The translations under genes and the position numbers were made by a program. From contig JANQED010000128.1 in assembly GCA_028278545.1 (NCBI GenBank), forward strand, positions 11,561 to 75,560: 64,000 nt of DNA. Reading direction: 5' to 3'. A model generated the notes under the pieces. That model saw only the letters and a list, made by a program, of their open reading frames with translations. It made no database searches and was not told where the DNA came from. Shown in pieces: positions 1 through 9,310 of the stretch; the first letter of the stretch is position 1, and each line of letters starts with the position of its first letter. This stretch comes from Anaerolineales bacterium (GTDB lineage Bacteria; Chloroflexota; Anaerolineae; Anaerolineales; UBA11858).

Positions 1-782
1 TCTCGTGCTGCACGCAGTACGCCGATGGCCATGCGATCATTTTGAGCAAAGATAGCTGTGGGGGGGGAAGGTAGCTTGATTAACTGCTGGAGAGCTTGAT
101 ATCCCGAAGTAGCTGCCCAATCTCCAGCGATAACCAGACTGGGGTCTGGGTTGATACTGTTATCCTGGAGGGCTTTCTCGTATCCTGAGCAGCGGTCTTG
201 GGAGCAATCCTCTACCATCGGCCCAGTGATCGTGGCAACTCGACGGTGACCCAGTTCAATCAAATGCTGGGTGGCCTGGCGAGCCGCACCGACATCGTCC
301 AAGGCTACCGAGCTGACTGTATCCCTCTTGCGTGGGCGCGCACCCACGAATACCGTTGGAGCACCAGGGGGCAGCAGATTGTGTCGGCCATCAGCATATG
401 GGTTGATGACAAACAATCCCTCGGCTCTGCGACTGGTGAACAACTCCTCTACCAGACGTGAAAACTCCTCTTCCGTGGGCGCGGAAGAGGCGATTAAGAA
501 GTAATCATGCTTGCGGACTTCTGCCTTAGCTCCTTCGATAATGCTGGCAAAGTTAAAGTCGGTCAAGTTGGGAGAGATGCAAGCTAATGTGCATGTACGC
601 CCCCGGGCCATGGAGCGGGCGATGGCGTTTGGACTATACCCCAGTTCCTCGATAGCAGCTTCGACCAGTGCACGCGTTTCCGGGCGGACGCGCTCGCTGT
701 TGTTGATCACGCGCGAAACAGTCTGGTGAGATACGCCAACGTGTGCTGCTACATCTCGGATGGTTACTTTGGAACGAACCAA
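1..782 (-). CDS. LacI-family transcriptional regulator (3' end runs off the window)
   Basis: Not in the ORF track. Manual minus-strand translation from TTG at 782 gives MVRSKVTIRDVAAHVGVSHQTVSRVIN...LGYSPNAIARSM (LacI HTH and hinge), then HLIELGHRRVATITGP and PTAIFAQNDRMAIG. GAGG RBS upstream. Confidence 0.93.
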   Translation of the reverse strand, partial: MVRSKVTIRDVAAHVGVSHQTVSRVINNSERVRPETRALVEAAIEELGYSPNAIARSMARGRTCTLACISPNLTDFNFASIIEGAKAEVRKHDYFLIASSAPTEEEFSRLVEELFTSRRAEGLFVINPYADGRHNLLPPGAPTVFVGARPRKRDTVSSVALDDVGAARQATQHLIELGHRRVATITGPMVEDCSQDRCSGYEKALQDNSINPDPSLVIAGDWAATSGYQALQQLIKLPSPPTAIFAQNDRMAIGVLRAAR

Positions 783-811
783 AAGGACCGCCTCTAGTTA
801 CAAACGAAGTG

Positions 812-839
812 ATGTTACCGATCACGTGACCGGTAACAT
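812..839. promoter_or_regulatory. Palindromic LacI-type operator, probably autoregulatory
   Basis: ATGTTACCGATCACGTGACCGGTAACAT is a 28-bp inverted repeat with one mismatched pair, 30 bp upstream of the LacI start. It contains two overlapping CG-centred 14-mers. Confidence 0.7.
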
Positions 840-923
840 ACATCATAGCGATTCTTTTCGCCCCTGTCAAGCGCGTTGTGATTAAAGTCACTATGGAATT
901 GTGAGAACTATTAGGATATCGCA

Positions 924-952
924 GTAGAGACGCCCCACCGGAGCGTCTCTAC
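924..952. repeat. GTAG-type REP-like palindrome
   Basis: GTAGAGACGC-N9-GCGTCTCTAC, a perfect 10-bp stem beginning with GTAG, just downstream of the peptidase stop. Confidence 0.55.
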
Positions 953-961
953 AAAAGAAAT

Positions 962-2968
962 CTATTTTAGGTATTTATCCATCCAGCGCAGGATGTGGTT
1001 CAGGCGGACAATGCGCCTGTCGGTGCGGCCCTGACGGGAGAGACCGTGGGGCTCTTCGGGGAAGCGCACCATCTCGGTATCGACCCCCAGGGTCTTCAAC
1101 GCTATAAAAGCCTGCTCTCCCTGTTCAATGGGGCAGCGGTGATCGTGCTCACTGTGGATGATCAGCGTAGGCGTTTGGGCGTTGCCGATGTAAGCCAGCG
1201 GTGAGTGTTTCCAAACCTTTTCCAGGTCTTCCCAGGGCGGTTTATCCCCTAACACTTGCTGAAAGATCCAGTTCAGGTCGCTGGTGCCCCACATACTGAC
1301 GAAATTGCTGACCACACGTTGAGCCGCAGCAGCCTTGAACTGGTGGGTGTGGCCGATCATCCACAAGGTCATATAGCCGCCGTAGCTGCCGCCGGTGACT
1401 CCCATGCGCTCGTGGTCGATATATGGCTGTGCGGCCATATGGTCAGCCCAGAGCATCAGGTCGGCATAGTCGGCATTGCCCCAGTCCCCCCAGATGGCCT
1501 TGGCATGTTCTTCACCATATCCCTGTCCCCCGCGCGGATTGCTGAAGTAGACCACATAGCCTTGCGCCGCCAGGTAGTAGAACTCGTGCATGAAGAACTC
1601 GCCGTACTGCGCCAGCGGCCCACCATGGATTTCGAGGATGGAGGGATATCTTTGGGAAGAGTCGAAGCCTGGGGGCTTCAGAATCCAACCCTGAAGAGCG
1701 TTGTTGTCCCGCCCTTCGAACCAAACCTCCTCAACCTGGCCGAGGTCCACCACACCTAACCAGGCGTTGGTACGCGTGATCTGGCGGGATTCCCCGTCCC
1801 CGAGATGGTGCACGAAAACCTGCCCGGGGTCTTGCATCGTTCCAAAGAAATAAGCCATCGTGCTGTGGCCGCGGTCGAAATTATACCCGCCGACCACGCC
1901 TTTCTCTTCGATCACGGTCTGCAAATTTTCGCCCCGCACGTCGATTGTCATCAACTGCCCGCAGCCGTGTTTGCTGACCTGGAAATAGATTGTCTGGCTG
2001 TCAGGTGACCAGGTTGGGGGAAGCGCCAGTGCGCCGCCAATGTTTAAATCGTTGAGCGTGGCATTCTCGATGCTGAAATCCAGCTCCTGGGTCAAGTTCT
2101 CAGATGGGGCCGATCCGTCGAAGGGGACTACCCACAAATCGGTGTTTTGCCACCACTGGTCGTGGCCCCGCTGGGCAAAATAGGCAATCCACTTCCCGTC
2201 AGGGGAAACGCGCGGCAGTTGGGTATTGCGCCCGGGAGTTTCGATCACTCGTAGTTCGCCCCCGTTAGCGGAGACGATGACCAGATCGTTGTCACCATAG
2301 GTCAAGTCGGGGTCAGCGTTGCGGTTGGACTGGAAGACGATCCATTTCCCATCCGGCGACCAGGTGGGCTCGGCTTCGTCGAAAACTGGATGATCGGTGA
2401 GCTGTGAGGCCTGCCCGCTTTCGATGTCTACTGTCCAGATGTGCCAGCGTTCCTTAGGTAAGAAGCCATACCCATCGAATTTGTAATAAGCGCGGTCGTA
2501 GTGCCGCTGGACGATGCCCAATTTTTTCTTGGTCTCGTCTTCTTCTCGCTCGATGGCTTCGGCGTCCTTCGCCCGGAATTGGAGGACGATTTTCGAGCCA
2601 TCTGGAGACCATTCGTAAGCTCCAAATTCTCCTTTTAGATCGGTTATGGGACGGGCTTCGCCACCCTTTGTGGGGATCAAATATAGCTGGGGCTGTTTTT
2701 CATCCCCGCGGTTTGAGATGAAAGCGATTTGCGATCCGTTCGGTGACCATTTTGGATGATTGTCTCCCTGGTCTCCATAAGTGAACTGTTGTGGTTCACC
2801 CCCGTCGGCAGGGGCGATCCACAGGTTGCTGTATTTCTTTTCGGAAAGAGGATCGACACGTTGTTGGGCATAGATTACCTGATCCCCATTTGGTGATATC
2901 TGCGGGCTTGAGATTAGCTCGAACTTATATAGGTCTTCTGCGGTGATCGTGCGTTTCTTGTTCGTCAT
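962..2968 (-). CDS. S9 family peptidase (acylaminoacyl/dipeptidyl peptidase) with N-terminal beta-propeller
   Basis: WSPDG repeats, IHGGP, nucleophile motif GGSYGG, D in HDHRCP, catalytic H in EPHGLSR. Confidence 0.93.
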   Translation of the reverse strand: MTNKKRTITAEDLYKFELISSPQISPNGDQVIYAQQRVDPLSEKKYSNLWIAPADGGEPQQFTYGDQGDNHPKWSPNGSQIAFISNRGDEKQPQLYLIPTKGGEARPITDLKGEFGAYEWSPDGSKIVLQFRAKDAEAIEREEDETKKKLGIVQRHYDRAYYKFDGYGFLPKERWHIWTVDIESGQASQLTDHPVFDEAEPTWSPDGKWIVFQSNRNADPDLTYGDNDLVIVSANGGELRVIETPGRNTQLPRVSPDGKWIAYFAQRGHDQWWQNTDLWVVPFDGSAPSENLTQELDFSIENATLNDLNIGGALALPPTWSPDSQTIYFQVSKHGCGQLMTIDVRGENLQTVIEEKGVVGGYNFDRGHSTMAYFFGTMQDPGQVFVHHLGDGESRQITRTNAWLGVVDLGQVEEVWFEGRDNNALQGWILKPPGFDSSQRYPSILEIHGGPLAQYGEFFMHEFYYLAAQGYVVYFSNPRGGQGYGEEHAKAIWGDWGNADYADLMLWADHMAAQPYIDHERMGVTGGSYGGYMTLWMIGHTHQFKAAAAQRVVSNFVSMWGTSDLNWIFQQVLGDKPPWEDLEKVWKHSPLAYIGNAQTPTLIIHSEHDHRCPIEQGEQAFIALKTLGVDTEMVRFPEEPHGLSRQGRTDRRIVRLNHILRWMDKYLK

Positions 2969-3019
2969 TGTGCTCCTAATTTGATGGTAGAGGCGCGTCT
3001 GGACGCTGCATGTTCGTCG

Positions 3020-4399
3020 TTACCCAATCGGCTCGAATTGGGCAGTGAAGTGACGCAGCAGTTCTGGGGCGTAGGTGATACGATAGCCGCGGATTCGCTC
3101 TTGGCGTGCTTTGATTTTCTCGAATGTCTTGACAATATAATCCATGTGAGCCTGGGTATATACCCGGCGGGGGATTGCCAGCCGGACCAGCTCCATTTTG
3201 GGGTGGATCGTCTCGCCAGTACTTGGGTCTGGATAAGCAAAGGCCACTGATCCCAGTTCCACGCCGCGGATGCCCCCTTCTAAATATAGCTCGACGGCCA
3301 GGGATTGGCCGGGGAAATCCGCCGGGGGGATGTGGGCGAGCAGGCTCCCCGCGTCGATATACACAGCATGACCTCCGGGGGGTTCGACGATAGGGATGCC
3401 TACCTCCAGCAGCTTCTTGCCTAAGTAGGCTGTCTGGCCCAGCCGGTAGGCCAGGTAATCCTCGTCCAGGCCTTCCCGCAGTCCGGTGGCGATGGCGTCC
3501 AGGTCGCGGCCAGCCAAGCCGCCGTAGGTGGGGAATCCCTCCCGCAAGATCAGCTCATTTTTCACTTTCTGGAAGAGTCCTTCATCGTTCATAGCCAAAA
3601 AACCGCCAATGTTGACGATGGCGTCTTTCTTGGCGCTCATCGTGGCCCCGTCAGCCAGGGCGAAGGTCTCCTGGGCGATCTCTAAGGTGGTCTTGTTCTC
3701 GTAACCCGGCTCGCGCAGTTTGATGAAGTAGGCGTTCTCGGCGAAACGGCAGGCGTCGATGAAGAAGGGGATTTCGTATTCTTTGTAAACATCCGCCACG
3801 GCTTTGAGATTCTCCATCGAGACCGGCTGGCCGCCCCCGGCGTTGTTGGTGATGGTGATCATGCCGAAGGGGACCTTATCCACGCCCACTTCTTCGATGA
3901 AGGCGCGCAGCTTGTCGATATCCATATTGCCCTTGAAGGGGTGGCGGTTGCCGGGATCGAAAGCCTCGTCGATGACCAGGTTGGTGGGGCGGCCGCCGCG
4001 GGCGCGGATATTGCCCTCGGTGGTGTCGAAGTGCATGTTGGAGGGGATATATTCCCCCTCCCCTAGTGCCACCGCGCAGAGGATGTTCTCCGCCGCGCGC
4101 CCCTGGTGGGTGGGGACGAAAAAGCGGAAGCCAAATATCTCTCGCATGGCCTCCGCTAATCTGAAATAAGAGTTTGCTCCGGCGTAAGATTCATCCCCTT
4201 CCATCATGGCCGACCACTGGTGCTGGCTCATCGCGCCCGTCCCGGAGTCGGTCAGCAGATCGATGAAGATCTCCTCGGCGCGCAGCCCGAAGACGTTATA
4301 GTTGGCCCGCTTCAGCGCCGCCTCGCGCGTCTGCCGGTCGATCATTTTGATCGGTTCTACCATTTTGATGCGGAAGGGTTCAGGGGGGTAATTGACCAT
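3020..4399 (-). CDS. tnaA: Tryptophanase (PLP beta-eliminating lyase)
   Basis: PEPFRIKMVE, IDLLTDSGT, THQGRAAE, PLP lysine motif MSAKKD. C-terminal LRHFTA has His (tryptophanase-like) rather than Phe (tyrosine phenol-lyase). Confidence 0.82.
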   Translation of the reverse strand: MVNYPPEPFRIKMVEPIKMIDRQTREAALKRANYNVFGLRAEEIFIDLLTDSGTGAMSQHQWSAMMEGDESYAGANSYFRLAEAMREIFGFRFFVPTHQGRAAENILCAVALGEGEYIPSNMHFDTTEGNIRARGGRPTNLVIDEAFDPGNRHPFKGNMDIDKLRAFIEEVGVDKVPFGMITITNNAGGGQPVSMENLKAVADVYKEYEIPFFIDACRFAENAYFIKLREPGYENKTTLEIAQETFALADGATMSAKKDAIVNIGGFLAMNDEGLFQKVKNELILREGFPTYGGLAGRDLDAIATGLREGLDEDYLAYRLGQTAYLGKKLLEVGIPIVEPPGGHAVYIDAGSLLAHIPPADFPGQSLAVELYLEGGIRGVELGSVAFAYPDPSTGETIHPKMELVRLAIPRRVYTQAHMDYIVKTFEKIKARQERIRGYRITYAPELLRHFTAQFEPIG

Positions 4400-4594
4400 T
4401 CACTGCCTCCATGAGTCTCTTTGTGGGACCTGGGCGCTACTTGCGCCTACGCTCATCAGTTTAACATGCTTCGGGAGTGATTCCAAGGGATAAAGCGCGG
4501 GGACGGCGAAATGGTATACTGGTATCGGATTTTCCAATGACCCATTTACCGATTCGCTGGATCGCTGACTCGCAGATTCGTTGACTCAAACCCT

Positions 4595-5236
4595 ATGCTT
4601 GAAATCATCTCCTTCACCCTCGGACCTGCCTTTACCAACGCCTACCTGATCGCTGACCCGGAGACCCGGGAAGCCGCCGTCATCGACCCGGCCTGGGATG
4701 GTCACAAAATCCTGGCCGAAGCCCAAAAACGGGATTGGCGCATTGCTCACCTTTGGTACACTCATGCCCATTTCGACCATTTTGGTGGCGCGGCTGGCGT
4801 GGCGGATGGCTGCGACCCCCTTCCGATGGTCGCGCTGCATCCTGACGATTACCCCCTCTGGCGTATGAAGGGCGGTGCCCAGTTCTTCGGCCTCAACCTG
4901 GATGATCCCGGCCCTGAACCGACGATTGATCTGGCGCACGGTCAGGTTCTGACGTTGGGGAGCAACCAATTTCAGGTGCGCTACGCTCCCGGGCATACCG
5001 CGGGGCACGTGATGTTCTACTGCGAGGCTGAAGAAGTCCTTTTCAGCGGGGATGTGGTTTTCAAGCAGAGCATCGGGCGCACCGACCTGCCCGGCGGGAG
5101 CTATGAAACCTTACTAAACAGCATCCGCGAGCAGGTGCTCACGCTGCCCGATGAAACGCGCATTTTGTCAGGTCACATGGGTGAGACCACGGTGGGGGAG
5201 GAGCGGCGCTCAAACCCGTTTTTGCTGCACGGGTGA
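4595..5236 (+). CDS. MBL-fold metallo-hydrolase (glyoxalase II-like)
   Basis: THAHFDH, PGHTAGH, FSGD, IGRTDLPGG, SGH...E...NPFL motifs. Confidence 0.92.
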   Translation: MLEIISFTLGPAFTNAYLIADPETREAAVIDPAWDGHKILAEAQKRDWRIAHLWYTHAHFDHFGGAAGVADGCDPLPMVALHPDDYPLWRMKGGAQFFGLNLDDPGPEPTIDLAHGQVLTLGSNQFQVRYAPGHTAGHVMFYCEAEEVLFSGDVVFKQSIGRTDLPGGSYETLLNSIREQVLTLPDETRILSGHMGETTVGEERRSNPFLLHG

Positions 5237-5297
5237 TAGCAAAACCCTCCTCACCAGCCTGGCAAGGAGGGATTCTTCGACAGGAGCATTCACCGCT

Positions 5298-5355
5298 ACC
5301 TGTTACCTTGTATACTTGTCTACCTCTTTGTCCCCTAACCCCTAACCCCTAACCC
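5298..5355. repeat. Short tandem octamer/heptamer repeats
   Basis: CTTGTATA-CTTGTCTA followed by (CCCCTAA)x3, between convergent genes. Confidence 0.6.
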
Positions 5356-5363
5356 GTCCCCCC

Positions 5364-6887
5364 CTACTTCGCATAATCCACTGCCCGCGTCTCCCGGATC
5401 ACCGTCACCTTGATCTGCCCTGGATACTGCATGGTCTCCTCGATCTGCTTGGAGATATCGCGCGCCAGTTGGATGGAGGCCAGATCATCGATATCTTCGG
5501 GTTGGACGAAGATGCGCACCTCGCGGCCGGCCTGCAGGGCATAGGTTTCTTTGACGCCTTCGTAGGTGTTGGCTATCTCTTCTAAGGCGCGTACCCGCTT
5601 CAGGTACTGCTCCAGGCTTTCGCGCCGCGCCCCGGGCCGCGCCCCAGAAATGGCATCGGCGGCCTCCACGATGACCGCTTCTACGCTCTCTTGTTCCGCT
5701 TCATGATGGTGAGAAGCGATGGCGTTGACCACTCTAGGATTGACTCCATAGCGCTTGACAAACTCCGCCCCGATCTGAGCGTGGGTGCCCTCCACGTTGT
5801 GATCCATGGCTTTGCCCAGGTCATGCAACAGTGCACCGGCCTTGGCGACTTCCACATCGGCGTCTAATTCGGCCGCAATGACCGCCGCCAGCTTGGCCGT
5901 CTCCACGGCGTGCGCCAGTTGGTTCTGCCCGTATGAGGTGCGGAATTTGAGGCGTCCCAACTTCTTGGTGATCTCCTTGTGCAGGCCCGGCACCCCGGCC
6001 TCGAAAGCGGCTTCCTCTCCCGCTTCGCGGATCACGCGCTCGACTTCTTTGCCCTCTTTCTTGACGATCTTTTCGATGTGCGCTGGGTGAATGCGCCCGT
6101 CCAGGACCAGCCTTTCCATCGAACGGCGGGCGACCTCGCGCCGCACAGGGTCGAAAGATGAAATGGTCACGGCTTCAGGCGTGTCATCGACGATCACATC
6201 TACGCCGGCAGCGCGCTCAAAGGAGTGGATATTGCGCCCATTGCGCCCGATGATGCGCCCTTTCATGTCGTCGGATGGCAGGGTGACATTTGAGGAGGTC
6301 ACTTCCACCACGTGTTCCGAGGCCACCCGTTGGATAGCATCTGCCACCAACTTGCGGGCGCGGCGTTCCCCTTCGTCCTGGGCCTCAGCCTCGATTTGCC
6401 GGATGATGCGCGCCATATCATCGCGAGCTTCCTTTTCCACATCTTTCAGCAAATAATCGCGGGCCTCGTCGCTGCTCAATTTGGCGATCTGCTCGAGTTT
6501 TTCCCTGGCCTCAGTCTCCATTCTTTCGAGTTCATTCCCCTTGCGATCCAGCGCGCTCTGTCGTTTATTGAGCGACTGTTCTCGCTTCTCCAGGCGTTCG
6601 GCGCGGACGTCCATTTGGTCATGGCGGCGCTGCAGGCGGTCTTCCGAACGCGAGACCTCTGCCCGGCGACGGGAGATCTCTCCTTCTGCTTCTTCGCGGG
6701 CCTTGAGCATCTCATCTTTGGCCTGGAGTTTGATTTCCCGGGCCTCTTCTTTAGCGTCCAGCAGGATTCTGTCGCCCTCTTCTTTTAGCTTTAAATTTGT
6801 TTGCCGGACTTGGAATGTCTTCAAGAAAAAGCCGATGGCGGTGCCTAAAATTGCGGCTACAATGATGATTCCAATTTGAAAGTCCAT
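5364..6887 (-). CDS. rny: Ribonuclease Y
   Basis: N-terminal TM helix, coiled coil, KH motif [15 protein letters not shown] motif [21 protein letters not shown]. Confidence 0.97.
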   Translation of the reverse strand: MDFQIGIIIVAAILGTAIGFFLKTFQVRQTNLKLKEEGDRILLDAKEEAREIKLQAKDEMLKAREEAEGEISRRRAEVSRSEDRLQRRHDQMDVRAERLEKREQSLNKRQSALDRKGNELERMETEAREKLEQIAKLSSDEARDYLLKDVEKEARDDMARIIRQIEAEAQDEGERRARKLVADAIQRVASEHVVEVTSSNVTLPSDDMKGRIIGRNGRNIHSFERAAGVDVIVDDTPEAVTISSFDPVRREVARRSMERLVLDGRIHPAHIEKIVKKEGKEVERVIREAGEEAAFEAGVPGLHKEITKKLGRLKFRTSYGQNQLAHAVETAKLAAVIAAELDADVEVAKAGALLHDLGKAMDHNVEGTHAQIGAEFVKRYGVNPRVVNAIASHHHEAEQESVEAVIVEAADAISGARPGARRESLEQYLKRVRALEEIANTYEGVKETYALQAGREVRIFVQPEDIDDLASIQLARDISKQIEETMQYPGQIKVTVIRETRAVDYAK

Positions 6888-7008
6888 TTTTATACCTCGT
6901 TTCCAGGTTTATGATCGTGATTTTGGAGGAAGCGTTCTTACTGATTGCCGGGTAAATGCTGCTTGAACGCTTCCCGGGCCGGGATGTCCGCCTTCTGGCT
7001 TTGGGGTG

Positions 7009-7647
7009 TCACCCGGCCCCTGCGTTGTCTTGTTCCTCGGCCCAAACTCGTTCAACCACACTGGCTGTGATCGCATAATTGAATCCACGACGGGTCAAGA
7101 AACCTGATAATTTTTTCCGAAATTCGGGCCAATCCAGTTTAAGGTACTTGCGGGCGTTCTTCCTGGCGGCCCGGTAGGCGAGTTCCTCCTCGTCTATTTC
7201 CTGGAGGGCCTCGTCGATGATTTCCTGATCGACGCCTTTTTGGCGCAGCTCACTTCGCAATGCCCGCCGACCGCGAGGCCGAAACGTCGAGCGGTTTTCG
7301 ACCCAGGTGTTGGCGAATTGGCGATCATCCACCAAGTTGTTGCGGCGCAGGCGCTCTAACACCTCTTCGATGGTGCCTTCTGGTGTATCGTGTTTGTTCA
7401 GGTTCCGGCGAATCTCGGCTTCGGTGCGTACCCGATAGCTGAGGAAGTGCAAAGCCCGGTGATAGGCCTTCTCGTCGGCCTCGGCCTGCTTGAGCTGACG
7501 GATCTTCTCTTCGTCGAGCTCCTGCCCAACTTGCAGCCAGGCAGCCACTACCCGGTAAAGCCCAAAGGCGTATTCATCGTCCAGATACACGCTGACCCGC
7601 TCAGGGTCCCGTTTTTGGGCTTTCAACGCCGTGATCTTCTTTGCCAT
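7009..7647 (-). CDS. recX: Regulatory protein RecX
   Basis: ALHFLSYRVRTEAEI, DDRQFA..WV, ELRQKGV, LTRRGF; downstream of recA. Start reset to the ATG at 7647 because the longer ORF runs through a terminator. Confidence 0.92.
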   Translation of the reverse strand: MAKKITALKAQKRDPERVSVYLDDEYAFGLYRVVAAWLQVGQELDEEKIRQLKQAEADEKAYHRALHFLSYRVRTEAEIRRNLNKHDTPEGTIEEVLERLRRNNLVDDRQFANTWVENRSTFRPRGRRALRSELRQKGVDQEIIDEALQEIDEEELAYRAARKNARKYLKLDWPEFRKKLSGFLTRRGFNYAITASVVERVWAEEQDNAGAG

Positions 7648-7652
7648 GCTCC

Positions 7653-7692
7653 AAAAAAATAAAAATGCCGTGGCAAATCTCCAAGCCACGGC
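7653..7692 (-). terminator. Intrinsic terminator/attenuator immediately before recX
   Basis: Minus strand GCCGTGGC-N10-GCCACGGC followed by ATTTTTATTTTTTT. Confidence 0.75.
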
Positions 7693-7705
7693 TGCGCGCC
7701 TTATC

Positions 7706-7892
7706 TCTCTGGATCTCAGTTTTGTATGATGCTTTTTGCCGCCAGGTATTGAATCGATAACCTGGGTTGATAAATATGCTAAGCGAAAGCGGCCCTTTGG
7801 TTTCCTTGTTTAACTGCTTGTATTCCTGTTCAAGTGACTAATCATAACCTGAGGGCTGAATCCATACGGTATTACGTTATCTGAGATCTAGT
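7706..7892. ncRNA. Candidate structured RNA (6S-like long hairpin)
   Basis: ~180-nt segment closed by GATCTCAG/CTGAGATC, with nested helices (ATGATG/CGTTAT, TGCCG/CGGTA) flanking a possible central bubble. No convincing ORF; near rny. Folded by eye only. Confidence 0.4.
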
Positions 7893-8022
7893 TTCAAAGC
7901 CATGGCCGCGCGCAAGATAAAAGAATGGAATGAAACTCGCGCGGCGAGAAGATTTGAATGGGACTCACCGGAGTACTCGGGTGAGTTCATTCTAGCCGAA
8001 CGATGTGTTCGGCAGTCCAGTG

Positions 8023-9033
8023 TCAATGTTCGAGCGGCATCAGCGGGGGCGGGAGCAGTTCTCCGCGAAGGTTCGCTTCGATCTCCTCTGCCAGTTCCCA
8101 GTTTTGGTGCAGGAATTCTTTGGCGTTTTCGCGCCCCTGCGCGATCCTCTGGTCACCATACGAGTAGTACGAGCCCCGTTTGCTGATGATCTCCATTTCA
8201 GTGGCTAAATCGAGCAAGTCACCTGCTTTGGAGATGCCTTCATTATACATGATGTCAAATTCCGCCGTCTGGAACGGCGGAGCGACCTTATTCTTGACCA
8301 CGCGCACCCGTGTGCGGTTGCCAACAACTTCCGAACCGACCTTGATGCTCTGGACACGGCGCACATCCAGACGCACAGAGGCGTAGAATTTGAGCGCCTG
8401 TCCGCCAGTGGTGGTCTCCGGGTTGCCATAGACCACGCCGATCTTCTGGCGGAGCTGATTGGTGAAGATCACCGCCGTGTTGGCCTGTTTGATGGCCCCG
8501 GAGAGTTTGCGTAGCGCCTGGGACATCAGGCGGGCCATCAAGCCCATATGGGCGTCGCCCATGTCTCCTTCAAGTTCGGCCCGGGGCACTAAGGCGGCCA
8601 CCGAATCGATCACCACCACGTCCACCGCGCCGGAGCGCACCAATGTTTCCGTGATCTCCAAAGCCTGCTCGCCCATATCGGGCTGGGAAATGAGCAGGTT
8701 TTCCACATCAACACCGCATGCATCGGCATAAACCGGGTCCAGGGCGTGCTCCATATCGATGAAAGCCGCTGTGCCGCCCAGTTTCTGGGCCTCGGCGACG
8801 ATGTGCTGGGTGATGGTCGTTTTTCCGGAGGATTCGGGGCCATAGATTTCTGTCACGCGGCCCCGGGGGATGCCGCCCACACCAAGAGCGATATCCAGGG
8901 AGAGGGAGCCTGTCGGGATGGCGTCCACCGTCAGGTGACGCGCGTCACCCAGTCGCATGATGATCCCCTCTCCAAATCTTTTGGTGATATCACCTAGAGC
9001 ATTGTTCAGCGCAGCTTGCTTCTCTTCGCTCAC
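8023..9033 (-). CDS. recA: Recombinase RecA
   Basis: [53 protein letters not shown]. Confidence 0.99.
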   Translation of the reverse strand: MSEEKQAALNNALGDITKRFGEGIIMRLGDARHLTVDAIPTGSLSLDIALGVGGIPRGRVTEIYGPESSGKTTITQHIVAEAQKLGGTAAFIDMEHALDPVYADACGVDVENLLISQPDMGEQALEITETLVRSGAVDVVVIDSVAALVPRAELEGDMGDAHMGLMARLMSQALRKLSGAIKQANTAVIFTNQLRQKIGVVYGNPETTTGGQALKFYASVRLDVRRVQSIKVGSEVVGNRTRVRVVKNKVAPPFQTAEFDIMYNEGISKAGDLLDLATEMEIISKRGSYYSYGDQRIAQGRENAKEFLHQNWELAEEIEANLRGELLPPPLMPLEH

Positions 9034-9310
9034 GGTGTAGATTTCTCCTTATTAACCAAGTGTTAACAGTTTAACATGATTGCCTTGATAATGGAAGCCC
9101 CCGGGGATTCTCGCCAAATTTGGGTTGCGAAAGGCATATTTTCATCGGCGGATGGATGAATCAGGTCATGTTTCCGTTTCTTTGGGTGACAAACGCAACT
9201 GTGTGTCTCGATAACTTTTGGCAAAATAGGGGGTTACAGGTATATGTCAAAGCATAGGTTCAGGTTTCGAATACCAGCCTGGGAACCTGTCCTAAAAGGA
9301 GTTTGAATTG

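Noticed and set aside
198-891. Four short track ORFs at the window start
   Set aside because: Explained by the minus-strand LacI gene and its promoter, which the track missed because the stop lies outside the window.
3020-4399. Tyrosine phenol-lyase assignment
   Set aside because: The N-terminus is TPL-like, but SAKKD and LRHFTA favour tryptophanase; not fully excluded.
6928-6974. 10-bp stem hairpin upstream of rny as a riboswitch
   Set aside because: Single stem with no recognisable aptamer or expression platform.
9034-9300. SOS box upstream of recA
   Set aside because: No GAAC-N4-GTTC match found, only a TAAC-N5-GTTA palindrome.
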